Positions 44,024 to 54,231 of a stretch of 64,000 nt of DNA are shown here, piece after piece. The number at the start of each line of letters is the position of its first letter. Position 1 is the first letter of the stretch. The DNA is from a virus, in IMG/VR virus record IMGVR_UViG_3300044940_000489, positions 32,001 through 96,000 of that record; one strand, 5' to 3'. A program made the position numbers and the translations under genes. Under the pieces are notes generated by a model. The model saw only the letters and a program-made list of their open reading frames with translations. It ran no database searches and was not told the DNA's origin.

Positions 44024-45858
44024 CGGTCTCCTCTTTGCTTTTTATACTCGTCGTAATCCTTACCTTTATATACAATTTTACTGCCTTCAAATCCGAATCC
44101 TGGCATTAAGACGGTTAGAATATCGCGACAATTGCTGGAAACAATGCCACGAGCCACAAAAGATGCGTCCTCTTCTACGGTTAGGCAATAGACTCTTCCA
44201 TTGTTTCTAGTTCGGCCATATTTTATGGACAGTATTTTTGTTTCTTGAAATGAATATATTCCATCGTGATTGTTCAGTATATTTTGTATATCGGCAATAA
44301 CTCTATCTTTTTTAATGTCCGAAGATTTTTTAAAGCCGTACCTTAATACGGACCAGCCTTGATTTTTAAGCCATGAGTCCCTGGCTTGATCTTTTGCTAT
44401 CCTGTCTCCTTCATGGTATTTGCCATCTATCTCAATTGCTATTTTATCCTCTACTAATGCTATATCTATGCAGTATCTGCCGACTTGATATTCCATTTCA
44501 ACAGTTTTCTGTCTATAAAAATCTTTAATCCAAGAATATACGTAACGCTGCTTTTTTGATATGCGAGTTGAGGCAGAGGCCTGCATCATCTGCGGCAATC
44601 TAGATATTAGTTTATCTCTTTGTTGCGCCCTTCTCTCTTCATTCCAATACTGTGACGCAAAATAAGACCTGGCACCATTTTCATATGCTTTTAAAATGCC
44701 CTGAGAGCAATTTGCCGCCCGAATACTTTTCTGTTCTATGGATAGCGTATCGTGGTAATGCTTGACTTGGGCACGCATCAGTTCATTGAAGCATGCCTGA
44801 GAGCATGTTTTGGACATTTCAAAGCCTACGGAATGCTTGAATTTGGTTTGCTTTCCACAAACCACACACGGATAATTCAACTGAATAAATTTATCTTCTT
44901 CCGTTAAATCTTTTGCTTCTATCCAGCCTCTCTGGGTTAAAAATTTATGGTCGGGAGTGACATGGTGTGCAAATCTTCTGCCATTATACTCATAATGAAT
45001 TATCATGTTTTTTTTGTTGGTATATGGCTCATTAATAACGCCCACAACTTTTTTAAATTTACCTGTATGCGTTAGTACCTTTTCTCCAACTTTAACATTT
45101 TTAATTGCCTTCCAGCCTGTCTCGGTTAAAACTGGCATGCGCCCCTCTGTAAAACAATTGGGATGGGTCGGGCTTACGCTAGCATCTGGATTTTTCCAGT
45201 GTCCGGGACTGCCCGAAAGTTCACTCATCTTGTAGACTTTAGGCGTAATTTTGTCTGGCATTGTCCAAAGGCGCCAGCAGATCCGGCAACGCTTTTCATC
45301 GAGTACGCCAATCTTAAAAACGACAGGGTCGTCGATGCCAACCGATTTAGCTGCACCCAAAATGCCATCGAACGCACCTATATTTTGTGCATTATGAAGT
45401 TCATGGGTGACCAGAACGTCTGCAGCCTTCTTAATCTTGTCTCTTTGATCCTTTAATTCTTTTGAGATAGAAGCTAGGATCTTTTGTCCCTCTGGCTGCC
45501 TAATGTAATCTTCTGGCTTCTGATTCTTTATCTTAGCTTCTACGGTCAAATTGTCGATTTTTTCGCCAACAATCCTAGTAGTGTCTGCTATTGCTTTTTG
45601 CTCTAGGGCATCTATATACTTTTCTGCAATATCCTTAAGCTTGCTAATAGACTTATCATCTGGCCGCCCAGGCTTTATATCATTAACTGTATTGGCATGA
45701 GAATACAGATGCCCTATTGTAGTATTGGGATCAAAGTTCTTTAATAAAAACAAGAACTGAGTGGAAACTTTATCTGGTCCCAAAAGATGCATCTTAAGGG
45801 ACGAGAACGTCTTCTTTATATTATCTTCTATTATTTTTTGTAGCTGCTTAGTCAGCAC
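44020..45858 (-). CDS. MuF / SPP1 gp7-like head morphogenesis protein, intein-interrupted
   Basis: Follows the portal; CRIC...HPN|CRD motif split by an intein; spliced product about 270 aa. Confidence 0.8.
   Translation of the reverse strand: MLTKQLQKIIEDNIKKTFSSLKMHLLGPDKVSTQFLFLLKNFDPNTTIGHLYSHANTVNDIKPGRPDDKSISKLKDIAEKYIDALEQKAIADTTRIVGEKIDNLTVEAKIKNQKPEDYIRQPEGQKILASISKELKDQRDKIKKAADVLVTHELHNAQNIGAFDGILGAAKSVGIDDPVVFKIGVLDEKRCRICWRLWTMPDKITPKVYKMSELSGSPGHWKNPDASVSPTHPNCFTEGRMPVLTETGWKAIKNVKVGEKVLTHTGKFKKVVGVINEPYTNKKNMIIHYEYNGRRFAHHVTPDHKFLTQRGWIEAKDLTEEDKFIQLNYPCVVCGKQTKFKHSVGFEMSKTCSQACFNELMRAQVKHYHDTLSIEQKSIRAANCSQGILKAYENGARSYFASQYWNEERRAQQRDKLISRLPQMMQASASTRISKKQRYVYSWIKDFYRQKTVEMEYQVGRYCIDIALVEDKIAIEIDGKYHEGDRIAKDQARDSWLKNQGWSVLRYGFKKSSDIKKDRVIADIQNILNNHDGIYSFQETKILSIKYGRTRNNGRVYCLTVEEDASFVARGIVSSNCRDILTVLMPGFGFEGSKIVYKGKDYDEYKKQRGDR
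44131..45156 (-). mobile_element. intein (342 aa) with a DUF559/Vsr-like endonuclease
   Basis: Begins CFTEG, block B VTPDHKF, IDIA..IEIDG.YH..DQARD nuclease, block F VYCLTV, ends VSSN|C. Confidence 0.88.
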
Positions 45859-45867
45859 AGATCGCTC

Positions 45868-47952
45868 CTAGTGGTTGTGACCTTCGTGCGGGTCCTTGCC
45901 TGTCAGAGCTTCTTCGATAGAATTAATCATGTCTTTCGACTGTTCGTCAAGTTCCTTAAGAATTTTAGCCTTAGCCAGCTTATGCTTTTTCAGCAGCTCT
46001 TTTCTTGTGACTGGCAACTTGGACTCTGACTTATTCAGACTTTCGCCCAGCTGTGCTATTGCAGAATCTAGATCTGATGACTCGTTTTCTTCTTGCTCTG
46101 GCTGCTGCTCTTGCTGCTGGGCACCTTGTTCTGGCTGTTGGGCCCCTTGCTGTTGCTGAAGTGCCGCCTGCTGCTGCATAGTAGCTTGTTGCATTTCGGC
46201 TTGCTTTTTCATGATGAAAACTTGAATGCTTGTTTGATCGCCCATGCAATATGCAAGTTCTGGGTCCTGGTCGGCAGCTTTAAATTGTTCGCCGCCGAAA
46301 GCTTTTAAGATCTGGCCCTTAGTGTAATATTTTTCAAGAACCTGCAAATAAGCAGGATTCATTGGGAACTGGCCAGCCAATGGAACCGCGTCTTTTTCAA
46401 CCCTCTCCATGATATCGTTCATGGAAAGATAGAGGGCCTGGTCCTGCTGAAGTCTAGTTGCTTCCTTTTCTGGAGAATCAGCGTCCAGCCCCTCTAAATC
46501 AATTCTTAGATATTTTGACCACTGTTCGTTAATTTTTGGCAAAAGACGCTCATTGAAAAAGTCTTCATAGAGCATAAGAAGCGGCCTTAGCCCAATGTCT
46601 CGGGCGGCCATAAGCTTCCACTCATTGTTGGATTCAGATAGAGACTGGCTATTGGTTCCGCGTGAAAGGTATGAAAGAGCCGCGACTTCGTCAGGAGACA
46701 TCTGGTAGGCAGCGAAAATCATACGTTTATTCAAGTCGGCAAGGTACTGGAATTCCATATCCCTATTGCCGCCGTCTAGTGGCTGGATTTCTAGAGCATC
46801 GTCTACTCCCATTCCAAACACCGGAACACGCCATGCAGAGTTGACTGAATTTATATGGGCCTGCATTTGCAATTTAATATTGTCAATATCTTGCTTGCTC
46901 AAATCATTTGATTTAAAGATCATTACGTTTCTGGCAGCTCTGCCATTAACGAAATACATCTTATTATGAGAAGTTAAATTGATGTGGGTTGTAACGGCGG
47001 ACAATATGCGCTCTACTGGGGATACTGGATATCCATTTCGATTGATATCCGTAGAGGGATTCATATTCATAACTACAAGTTCTTCATCTGTAAAAACTTG
47101 TCGCGGAATTCCATCAATTACCTGAACCCAAGAATATTCGTCTCTACTAAAACGGTCAACATCGACCAGAAGATTGCCCTCACCTTTAATTTTTTGTAAA
47201 AGTGCTCGGGCTTCTTTTCTAATATTAAGGGCTTCAGCAGACTCCCCGCGCTGCTTTTGAACTTGATGAATAGTAAGTGCATCGACTGATCGCCAACTGT
47301 GGAAGTCGCCTTTTCCGTCTTTTCGGATTTCTGCTGCGAATGAGCCGCCAAGCAATGCATCTTCGATTGTTGACATCAAGAATTGACCCAGCCCCTGTCG
47401 CTCCGTGTCTTTGAGACCATCTGTGCGGCCACAATTAACCATAAGCTCTCTTAGGGCCGGTATGGCTTCTTTTTTAAGTTCTTCAATTTGCTCTTTAGTA
47501 AGTTGTCGGACTGCTTCTGGCTTAATATTAACTGCAAATCCAACATCAAAGCGATTGGCTCTTGGCCGTGAAAACATTAGCATTTGGCGGGCCCGAACTG
47601 GCAATATAACGCCGCCAATCAATTCTTCGGTGTCCCTTAGCCTCTTGAGAATGTCTACAGGTATAAGATTTTGTCTTCTTCTGAAGATAGAGGAGAGATT
47701 CCCCTCTTGCTTATTGGGATCTACATCAAAACTAAGCTGCTGGGCGCTTTCAATGTCTCTAGATTTTTTTAGAACCTCTAGAATTGAAGCGATAGTATCA
47801 CCGCCACCGTTTTGACGGATAGGCATCATAGTAATGAGTCCAGCTTTAATGCCGTCAGCGGATTCAGTTTTTTGTAAGTTTTCTTTCAGCAAGTCCTGAA
47901 CTGCTTCGCGAATCAGTTCTGCTGAGATATCTTTTTTATTATTTTCAGACAT
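45868..47952 (-). CDS. portal protein
   Basis: GYPVSPVE, HNKMYFVNG, DMEFQ..IFAAYQMSPDEV and GLRPLL portal motifs; downstream of terminase. Confidence 0.85.
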   Translation of the reverse strand: MSENNKKDISAELIREAVQDLLKENLQKTESADGIKAGLITMMPIRQNGGGDTIASILEVLKKSRDIESAQQLSFDVDPNKQEGNLSSIFRRRQNLIPVDILKRLRDTEELIGGVILPVRARQMLMFSRPRANRFDVGFAVNIKPEAVRQLTKEQIEELKKEAIPALRELMVNCGRTDGLKDTERQGLGQFLMSTIEDALLGGSFAAEIRKDGKGDFHSWRSVDALTIHQVQKQRGESAEALNIRKEARALLQKIKGEGNLLVDVDRFSRDEYSWVQVIDGIPRQVFTDEELVVMNMNPSTDINRNGYPVSPVERILSAVTTHINLTSHNKMYFVNGRAARNVMIFKSNDLSKQDIDNIKLQMQAHINSVNSAWRVPVFGMGVDDALEIQPLDGGNRDMEFQYLADLNKRMIFAAYQMSPDEVAALSYLSRGTNSQSLSESNNEWKLMAARDIGLRPLLMLYEDFFNERLLPKINEQWSKYLRIDLEGLDADSPEKEATRLQQDQALYLSMNDIMERVEKDAVPLAGQFPMNPAYLQVLEKYYTKGQILKAFGGEQFKAADQDPELAYCMGDQTSIQVFIMKKQAEMQQATMQQQAALQQQQGAQQPEQGAQQQEQQPEQEENESSDLDSAIAQLGESLNKSESKLPVTRKELLKKHKLAKAKILKELDEQSKDMINSIEEALTGKDPHEGHNH

Positions 47953-47977
47953 ACCTATTCCATATTAGAATAGCAGG

Positions 47978-48973
47978 TTATTCAGCTGAGGCAACTAATA
48001 CTTTAAGTGAGGAAAGCGACAGATTTTTAATAACTAGACTAAAAGCAGAGCCCTGCTTTAATAAAAGCGCCGGCTTTTCTGGATTACCAATGACTTCGGG
48101 CTCGATCTCGCTGAGGTCTCCTATATCGCCATTAAATCTAGCCGCACACTTATCTTGGGCAGCAATTAAAACAAATTTTTTCGCAGATGAGTAGAAAACA
48201 AGTCCAGAGACTCCGGGCGTGACGGACGTTTCTAGTGGAATCCCATTAGGTGCAGCGACTGAGATCTCGAACCAAGAGGGCGTAACCTCTGTGATAGAGT
48301 AAGTCCCAAACACTGATGAGGAGAATCCTGCGCTAATTTTAACTTTATCGCCGACCTGTATTTGATTGCCAACGGTTCCATTGCTATACACCAGAAAATC
48401 AGAGGCTGTGTTCACGGTAAAAGTCTGTGCAACAGCGTTTAGATTTTGATATGTCAAAGAAGTAGCAGTTTTTGAAAGTATCGTAAACTTCCCTCTATTT
48501 GCGATAGATGCTCCGGAAAGTGGAAGTAGATTCAAAATGTCGCCAACTTGTACCGATGTGGTATCGATTGGAGTGCCTCCAGTATTGGTAAGAGTTGCTA
48601 TCGGGCCGTTAACTGTGATTGCAAAGACAGAGGTATTATCAATGCCAATAGCCCTATCATTTCTAAAAACCGGATTTGTTCCAGAGACGTATGTAAATCT
48701 ATAAATATTTTTATTGGGGTCAGGCTTTGAGCTAGTAAAGGCCGTATCCGAAGCTATCGCGGTAGTGCGAGTTCCATCAAAAACTGTAACTGTGGCGCTA
48801 GGTGGAATCAGGAAGGACTCGGAAATTGCTTCTTGTACCGGCAAACCTGCGACCTTGTATTGCAAGTCAAAATTGCGAACCAATGGATTGTTAGAGGCGT
48901 TTAAGTCCTCGTAAGCAATTGAATTTACTTGAAGATTTAGCTTGCCCAAAATAAACTCCTCATTTTTAAACAC
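47978..48973 (-). CDS. putative virion structural protein
   Basis: 331 aa, S/T-rich beta protein with two QVGD modules similar to the sheath insertion; follows a late promoter. Confidence 0.6.
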   Translation of the reverse strand: MFKNEEFILGKLNLQVNSIAYEDLNASNNPLVRNFDLQYKVAGLPVQEAISESFLIPPSATVTVFDGTRTTAIASDTAFTSSKPDPNKNIYRFTYVSGTNPVFRNDRAIGIDNTSVFAITVNGPIATLTNTGGTPIDTTSVQVGDILNLLPLSGASIANRGKFTILSKTATSLTYQNLNAVAQTFTVNTASDFLVYSNGTVGNQIQVGDKVKISAGFSSSVFGTYSITEVTPSWFEISVAAPNGIPLETSVTPGVSGLVFYSSAKKFVLIAAQDKCAARFNGDIGDLSEIEPEVIGNPEKPALLLKQGSAFSLVIKNLSLSSLKVLVASAE

Positions 48974-48979
48974 TTAAAA

Positions 48980-49004
48980 ATTAAGTTTAATAACTAAATA
49001 TTTG
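48980..49004 (-). promoter_or_regulatory. putative late promoter (portal operon)
   Basis: CAAATAT-TTA-N7-AACTTAAT, 7 nt upstream of GTG 48973. Confidence 0.65.
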
Positions 49005-49023
49005 TAAATACTAAGCTTTTTGA

Positions 49024-50913
49024 TTAATCTATACTCCAAAATACGCCTTTTCCCTGAGATTCTTGAGTATTTGTTGCGGCAGTGCCCTCATTAAGACTTT
49101 GCTTAATTTGATTACTCAGCCACTGCTCTTGCTGCTTCCTAATCTTTTCGCCTTCTTCTGCGGCCATAGCATGGCGCTGCTGAGCCGTCATGACCCCAAA
49201 TGGTAATGGCGACGCTGGGGTTTCTCCCGAAATAAGCCCATTCTTTTTGTCCCATCGATTCTGGGCTGCGTATCTTAAAGCAGAAATACTATCATCAAAT
49301 ATATCATTTACTTTATCAGTCAGGTCGCCAGATCCGTCGTGCTTAAAATGATATTTTTCAAAGTTTGCAATAAGCGAATCGCATCGTCCCGACACCCCAA
49401 ACAGTTTTGTTGAGCCAACTGTGGGGGATAGCTTGCCACGTATTAATGTGATGCCTTTTTCTATATCTTTAGTAAAATTAGTCACAACGGCACAGAACTT
49501 GCCACTTGCAATCATTTTGTTCATGGCTGGAGCTTCTGTATCTGGGAATAGATGCGTAAATTGATATTTTTTATGAAGTCGCTTCACCAATTCTAATACT
49601 TCCTGCGGCTCTAGTCCGGCCTCTTCAACACTGGCCATAATATATGCATTCTCTCTTGAATCTTCATAAACCACTACTACAGCCGTGGGGTGCGTATATC
49701 CATGGTCCAGACCTGCATACTTTTTCACTCCTGCTTCATTCATTACACGTATTAAATCGTCTTCAGTGAAGCCCTCAGGAGCTTGATTGCCACTGAATAT
49801 TTCATATATTTCTGCAGGAGTTTTTTCAAATACATCTCTCTTGAATTTAGGGAATACTTGACCTTCGGCAGATGGAGAAATACTCATACTTTGAGAGAGC
49901 CACCATTCAAGGGACGGGGCCTGCTTAAATTGCTGAATCACGGACTGTACTGGCCTCATACTTCGGCAAGTGGAGGTTTGTTTCTTAAGATCGCCTGCAC
50001 ACTGGGCCCTTAGCGGACAAGTGTAGCACCCCTTATAGGCGCTTACTTTGGTTAGTTTAGATTGCTGCTCAGGATTCAGTTTTTGGTATTCTGACTCAAT
50101 GTAGGCAGTGTTCTCTAAAGCATCGACATACATTTCTAGTGGTTCAGTGGTCGAAAGAGAATCCGGGCACCGCCTAGTATTTTCAAAAACTGTCCAAAAA
50201 CGAAATTCTACTCCTGACTTATCTTTCTTTTCATACTCCTGCTCAATGACTGTATATTTGCCTTTTCTTGAGCTAATCCCAAATTTAACCCATGGCTTTC
50301 CGTCGTGAGTATAGATAGGAATACCCGATACGTCCTCATACGCTTTTACCTTATCAGGGGATAGCGAGCCAAGCTCATCCAATGATACGGCAGGCTGATG
50401 CGGACCTTGTACTGACATAGGTGAAATTGGCAAAATTTCGACCTCTACTTCTTCTTCGTCAATTACAAATACAGTTTTTTCTTGAGTAGGCTTATCTTTT
50501 AGGTAGTCCTTAATGTATTTTCTATTAACGAATTTAGTAAAATACTGATAAGCACGCTTGGCTTGCGCTTTAGTACCACCAAGATGTACTACGCCGCGCT
50601 TAAAGTGAAGTGGTAAAAGAATTTGCAGAACAGCGGCAGAAAGAGTTTTTTGCGAAGATCGTCCGGCAATATAGAATACAGATTTTGGCTCTAGGGCCTC
50701 ATTATCACAGCAAAACTGATAAATTTCCCATACCATATCTAGAGGATTCGTTGTGGCAAATCTAGATACAGTACAGTCTGCTAGATCTACGTTTAAGAAG
50801 AATAGTAGCCAATTCTTAAGATCCTCTCGGGTCTTAATGCGTTTTTTAAGCAGTGACCTTATAAACTTGTCTCTTTCCTCATTTGGAAGAAAGTTCAAGG
50901 CATTGTCACTCAT
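49024..50913 (-). CDS. terL: terminase large subunit
   Basis: Walker A variant AGRSSQKT, Walker B VSLDE, nuclease GLDHGYTHP and DDSISALRY. Confidence 0.85.
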   Translation of the reverse strand: MSDNALNFLPNEERDKFIRSLLKKRIKTREDLKNWLLFFLNVDLADCTVSRFATTNPLDMVWEIYQFCCDNEALEPKSVFYIAGRSSQKTLSAAVLQILLPLHFKRGVVHLGGTKAQAKRAYQYFTKFVNRKYIKDYLKDKPTQEKTVFVIDEEEVEVEILPISPMSVQGPHQPAVSLDELGSLSPDKVKAYEDVSGIPIYTHDGKPWVKFGISSRKGKYTVIEQEYEKKDKSGVEFRFWTVFENTRRCPDSLSTTEPLEMYVDALENTAYIESEYQKLNPEQQSKLTKVSAYKGCYTCPLRAQCAGDLKKQTSTCRSMRPVQSVIQQFKQAPSLEWWLSQSMSISPSAEGQVFPKFKRDVFEKTPAEIYEIFSGNQAPEGFTEDDLIRVMNEAGVKKYAGLDHGYTHPTAVVVVYEDSRENAYIMASVEEAGLEPQEVLELVKRLHKKYQFTHLFPDTEAPAMNKMIASGKFCAVVTNFTKDIEKGITLIRGKLSPTVGSTKLFGVSGRCDSLIANFEKYHFKHDGSGDLTDKVNDIFDDSISALRYAAQNRWDKKNGLISGETPASPLPFGVMTAQQRHAMAAEEGEKIRKQQEQWLSNQIKQSLNEGTAATNTQESQGKGVFWSID

Positions 50914-51544
50914 CTTCTGGCTCCTTGGAATTTTTTCCAGCCAATGCGGCCAGTATCTGAGATTGCATGCTGTCTGTTATCTTTATGTTTTCGGCGCCCT
51001 GAACATTAACATTTACGGATGATTGAGTCTTGATCTCTTGCTTCGTAACTCTCTCTTCTCCTGTAATCTTCTGTAATATCTCAATTAAAGTTTTGTAGCT
51101 GGTAGAGCCCGTAACGAATGTCTCGGGCTTGTCCTCTTCTTTGCCGGTTTGCATATATCTCATCATTTTTTCATTTTCAGATTTATGCACAACAGACAGC
51201 TGATTAGTAATAAATTCGATAGCCTCAAGCTTATGCTTAAGCAGGCGCTCCCTGGTTCTGGAAGCCAATTCCTCCATGTATCTTTCTTTTTGGGAATCCC
51301 AATCGTATTTTTTTCTACAGTATAGGATATCCACCTCTGTGAATGGCGGATTGGCCTTAGCAATACTCGCACAAGAGTATCCCTCAAGGTAAAGGGCCAT
51401 CATTTGGGCAGATAAAGTCGCGCCAACCGGCCTTACGCCGGTTTCTTTGGCTTCCTCCAGAAGAGCTATCTCCCGCTCCGTAAAGCTATCTGGATAGGCC
51501 GTGCCTTCAGCGTCACTTTTTATGGTTATATTTTTGTTCGTCAT
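50906..51544 (-). CDS. putative terminase small subunit
   Basis: N-terminal HTH-like segment followed by helices; overlaps the terL start. Confidence 0.5.
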   Translation of the reverse strand: MTNKNITIKSDAEGTAYPDSFTEREIALLEEAKETGVRPVGATLSAQMMALYLEGYSCASIAKANPPFTEVDILYCRKKYDWDSQKERYMEELASRTRERLLKHKLEAIEFITNQLSVVHKSENEKMMRYMQTGKEEDKPETFVTGSTSYKTLIEILQKITGEERVTKQEIKTQSSVNVNVQGAENIKITDSMQSQILAALAGKNSKEPEDE

Positions 51545-51962
51545 AATACATTTCTACTGTGGTATCTGGCCACAGCATATCTTGCGTCCATGTTTCCAAA
51601 TTAATAAAAGCCTGTTTCATTTCGTTTTTATATTTCTTTCCTGGGGCGTATATCAGCTTAAGCGGAGAAAACTTGCTTCTTTTTACGGGCTTTGTTTCAT
51701 AAGACACAGAGCCGTCGATTTCGACTGTGCCCTCAGCCGATAGCTTGTAGTATTTCTTAGTATAAACCCAATATGTAACTTTTTTTAAGTTGGGCTCTAC
51801 CATTGCATATCCGTCAATAGAGATATTGCAGCAAGCTATGGGCCAATACTTCAGCTGTAACTCGTGAAACGAGTGCAATACTCCGTATTTCGTAAAAAGC
51901 AACTTTGCTAGCATGTACTGGTTTTGCCGAGATTCGGAACTAACTTCTGAAGCCTTAGCCAT
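51513..51962 (-). CDS. hypothetical protein
   Basis: 149 aa overlapping both neighbours. Confidence 0.6.
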   Translation of the reverse strand: MAKASEVSSESRQNQYMLAKLLFTKYGVLHSFHELQLKYWPIACCNISIDGYAMVEPNLKKVTYWVYTKKYYKLSAEGTVEIDGSVSYETKPVKRSKFSPLKLIYAPGKKYKNEMKQAFINLETWTQDMLWPDTTVEMYYDEQKYNHKK

Positions 51963-52942
51963 ATAGATTCCCTTATATTTTGTGGTTCTTCAATAATATT
52001 AAATACATAATAATGCAGCAACTGTTCTATTGTATTTTTTCCTGCATCAGCGTCAATCTTGCTATTAAATGTTTTCAATATATTTGGAACTATCTTTAAA
52101 TTTTGAGCAGATTCCAAATCTTTTGATATATTTTTACAAAACTCTTCCGTCCCAGTCAGAGTGACTCTAATTTTAGATAGCGGATCATTATTGTTTTTAA
52201 GGGCTGACACTATTGAACTGCTATCTTGTCCTTCCACTATTTCGGCCCTATACTGGGTTCTTACCCAGCCTAAAGTACTAACTGGGATTAGCGAGTCCGA
52301 GTCCGAGTAATGTATAAAAATATTTTTAGATTCTTTCGATCCCAGTTGAAAAAACTCGGCTGAGCTTACTGGCCTTGGTGTCCCTATATATGTAATATTG
52401 GCTACGGATTGCGATGAATGTATATGTCCTGCTATAACCCTTTTGTACTGAGACACAGATTCTACTGAGAAACCGTCTGGGGCATAGAATCCATTCTCGT
52501 AAGTGGCGCCGTTAAAAGTTTGATGACAAACTAAATATTGTGCGTCAGGCAGTAATTTTTTAAAATCGTCTTCTGAATGAGTGAATCCTATTAATCCATA
52601 CGGCCCCAGTACCAATGGGCCGCTATTTTCATCAATTACGGTTACTAAATGCGAAAGGGTCTGCCGCACTGCATTAATTTTAGTAGACGTAGGGGAGCTG
52701 CCATCATGATTTCCTGCAAGTATATAAATTGCATTACTTTTGGAAAGCCTGCGCAGATTGTCTTGGAGCAGATCCACTACTTCTTGCCTTACAACCGAAT
52801 GGGTATGGAATATATCCCCTAAAAACACAATGGCGTCAACTGCATGCTCTGTTGCAGTTTTTTCAATAAGTTTAAAGAGATTGGAAGTCTCCTCTAGATT
52901 ATTTACTTGTACATGTAAGTCGCCGACCAATAGTGCCTTCAA
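51908..52942 (-). CDS. SbcD/Mre11-like (gp47-like) metallophosphoesterase nuclease
   Basis: GDLH, LGDIFH, AGNHD, CHQ and GHIH motifs. Confidence 0.88.
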   Translation of the reverse strand: MKALLVGDLHVQVNNLEETSNLFKLIEKTATEHAVDAIVFLGDIFHTHSVVRQEVVDLLQDNLRRLSKSNAIYILAGNHDGSSPTSTKINAVRQTLSHLVTVIDENSGPLVLGPYGLIGFTHSEDDFKKLLPDAQYLVCHQTFNGATYENGFYAPDGFSVESVSQYKRVIAGHIHSSQSVANITYIGTPRPVSSAEFFQLGSKESKNIFIHYSDSDSLIPVSTLGWVRTQYRAEIVEGQDSSSIVSALKNNNDPLSKIRVTLTGTEEFCKNISKDLESAQNLKIVPNILKTFNSKIDADAGKNTIEQLLHYYVFNIIEEPQNIRESIWLRLQKLVPNLGKTSTC

Positions 52943-52943
52943 G

Positions 52944-53234
52944 TTAAGCCTCTTTTTTTTGAACAGCTACAGCTAAGCTAATAGGCAACAGCACAAACTC
53001 GACTCCATTCAAAGAAGATATTTTTTGTACAGTTGGGTGATTATAAATATCCCCACGAAAATACACAATATCGCCTCGCTTGAGGTCGTTTGGTCCATCC
53101 ATTACCAATTCGGAGCTTACTAAATCTCTGAAAAGCTTGTCCGTCCTAACAAATCTAGCATTAGCGCTCTCAACCTGCTGTGCATGATTAAATTGAATAG
53201 GCTTAATAGCGATATTGTCATGTAATGTCTTCAT
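52944..53234 (-). CDS. groES: co-chaperonin GroES-like protein
   Basis: 96 aa; LHDNIAIKP, GP..LKRGDIVYF and NGVEFVLL match the Cpn10 pattern. Confidence 0.65.
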   Translation of the reverse strand: MKTLHDNIAIKPIQFNHAQQVESANARFVRTDKLFRDLVSSELVMDGPNDLKRGDIVYFRGDIYNHPTVQKISSLNGVEFVLLPISLAVAVQKKEA

Positions 53235-54231
53235 GCTTAATGACTCCCTTTAGGACTAGTATTTTTTTTTGAACAATAGACATTTTATCAATATTTTCAG
53301 ATATTTGCAACAGTAAATTTTTAGCTTCTACAAGATCATATGCAGAGGCAGCCTCGCCGTTATCTAAGTCCACGAAATCAGACACTAAATGGTCCTCGTA
53401 TCCGTTTATTGGTGCATCTAGCGAAAAGTACTTGGTGGAATTAATTAGATCTGCTATATCTTCTTCTGCTATTTTTAAGACTTCCGACAATTCCGGTACG
53501 TTAATTGATCCAGTCTGCTTTTGAAGTGCCTTTTTTAATGAGTAGAGCTTCTTTTGGCCATGGCTGCCAAGCGTAGCAGCGGAAGAATGCGAGGTTTGAA
53601 CTGTTAGCAGATGGCTTAATATGAATCCAACGGCCATTTGATGGAACTTAGAGTTGGCTCCGAGCACATATTTGTCTACCGCATTTAGTAATCCCTCGTT
53701 GGCTGCGGATATAAAATCTGAAAAATCAACTGATCCCGATTTATTTTTAGAACTGAAGACCTTTGCCTTATTAAGTGCCATGTACAAGTATTGATTTATA
53801 ATCTCATTACGAATAACTGACATTTCATTCATTAGCTTAGACACTTTATCTTTTTTTGGGCCGGATACGCCCTCTAATTTTCTCATTGCAAAGGCACAGA
53901 ATCTAAAATTGATGGGCAATCGGTACATATCTTTCATGTTGGCCCTTTTAATTGCCTTATTGACTACTGGCATAAAATTAGAAAGGCGCTCTCTAAAATA
54001 TCCTCTGGCCTCTCTCAGGTCCGAGGACTCTACGTTAATGTAGTAAACGAAGGCTCTGTAAACTTCTCGTCCTTCTTTAAAGGATCGTAGGCACTTGGCA
54101 AATTCTTTTTCTAATTTAATAAGATTTTTAAATTTATCATTCGTATCAAAATCAGTACTATATTGCGCCTCTGCGGCCAATTCTTTTAGGTATAATTGCA
54201 AAATATTGATTTCTTCGGCTTGATTTTTCAT
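53218..54231 (-). CDS. phage sigma70-family RNA polymerase sigma factor
   Basis: Region 2 DFISAANEGLLNAVDKY..KF and region 3 ELSEVL..SLDAPI; region 4 appears truncated. Confidence 0.75.
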   Translation of the reverse strand: MKNQAEEINILQLYLKELAAEAQYSTDFDTNDKFKNLIKLEKEFAKCLRSFKEGREVYRAFVYYINVESSDLREARGYFRERLSNFMPVVNKAIKRANMKDMYRLPINFRFCAFAMRKLEGVSGPKKDKVSKLMNEMSVIRNEIINQYLYMALNKAKVFSSKNKSGSVDFSDFISAANEGLLNAVDKYVLGANSKFHQMAVGFILSHLLTVQTSHSSAATLGSHGQKKLYSLKKALQKQTGSINVPELSEVLKIAEEDIADLINSTKYFSLDAPINGYEDHLVSDFVDLDNGEAASAYDLVEAKNLLLQISENIDKMSIVQKKILVLKGVIKHEDIT

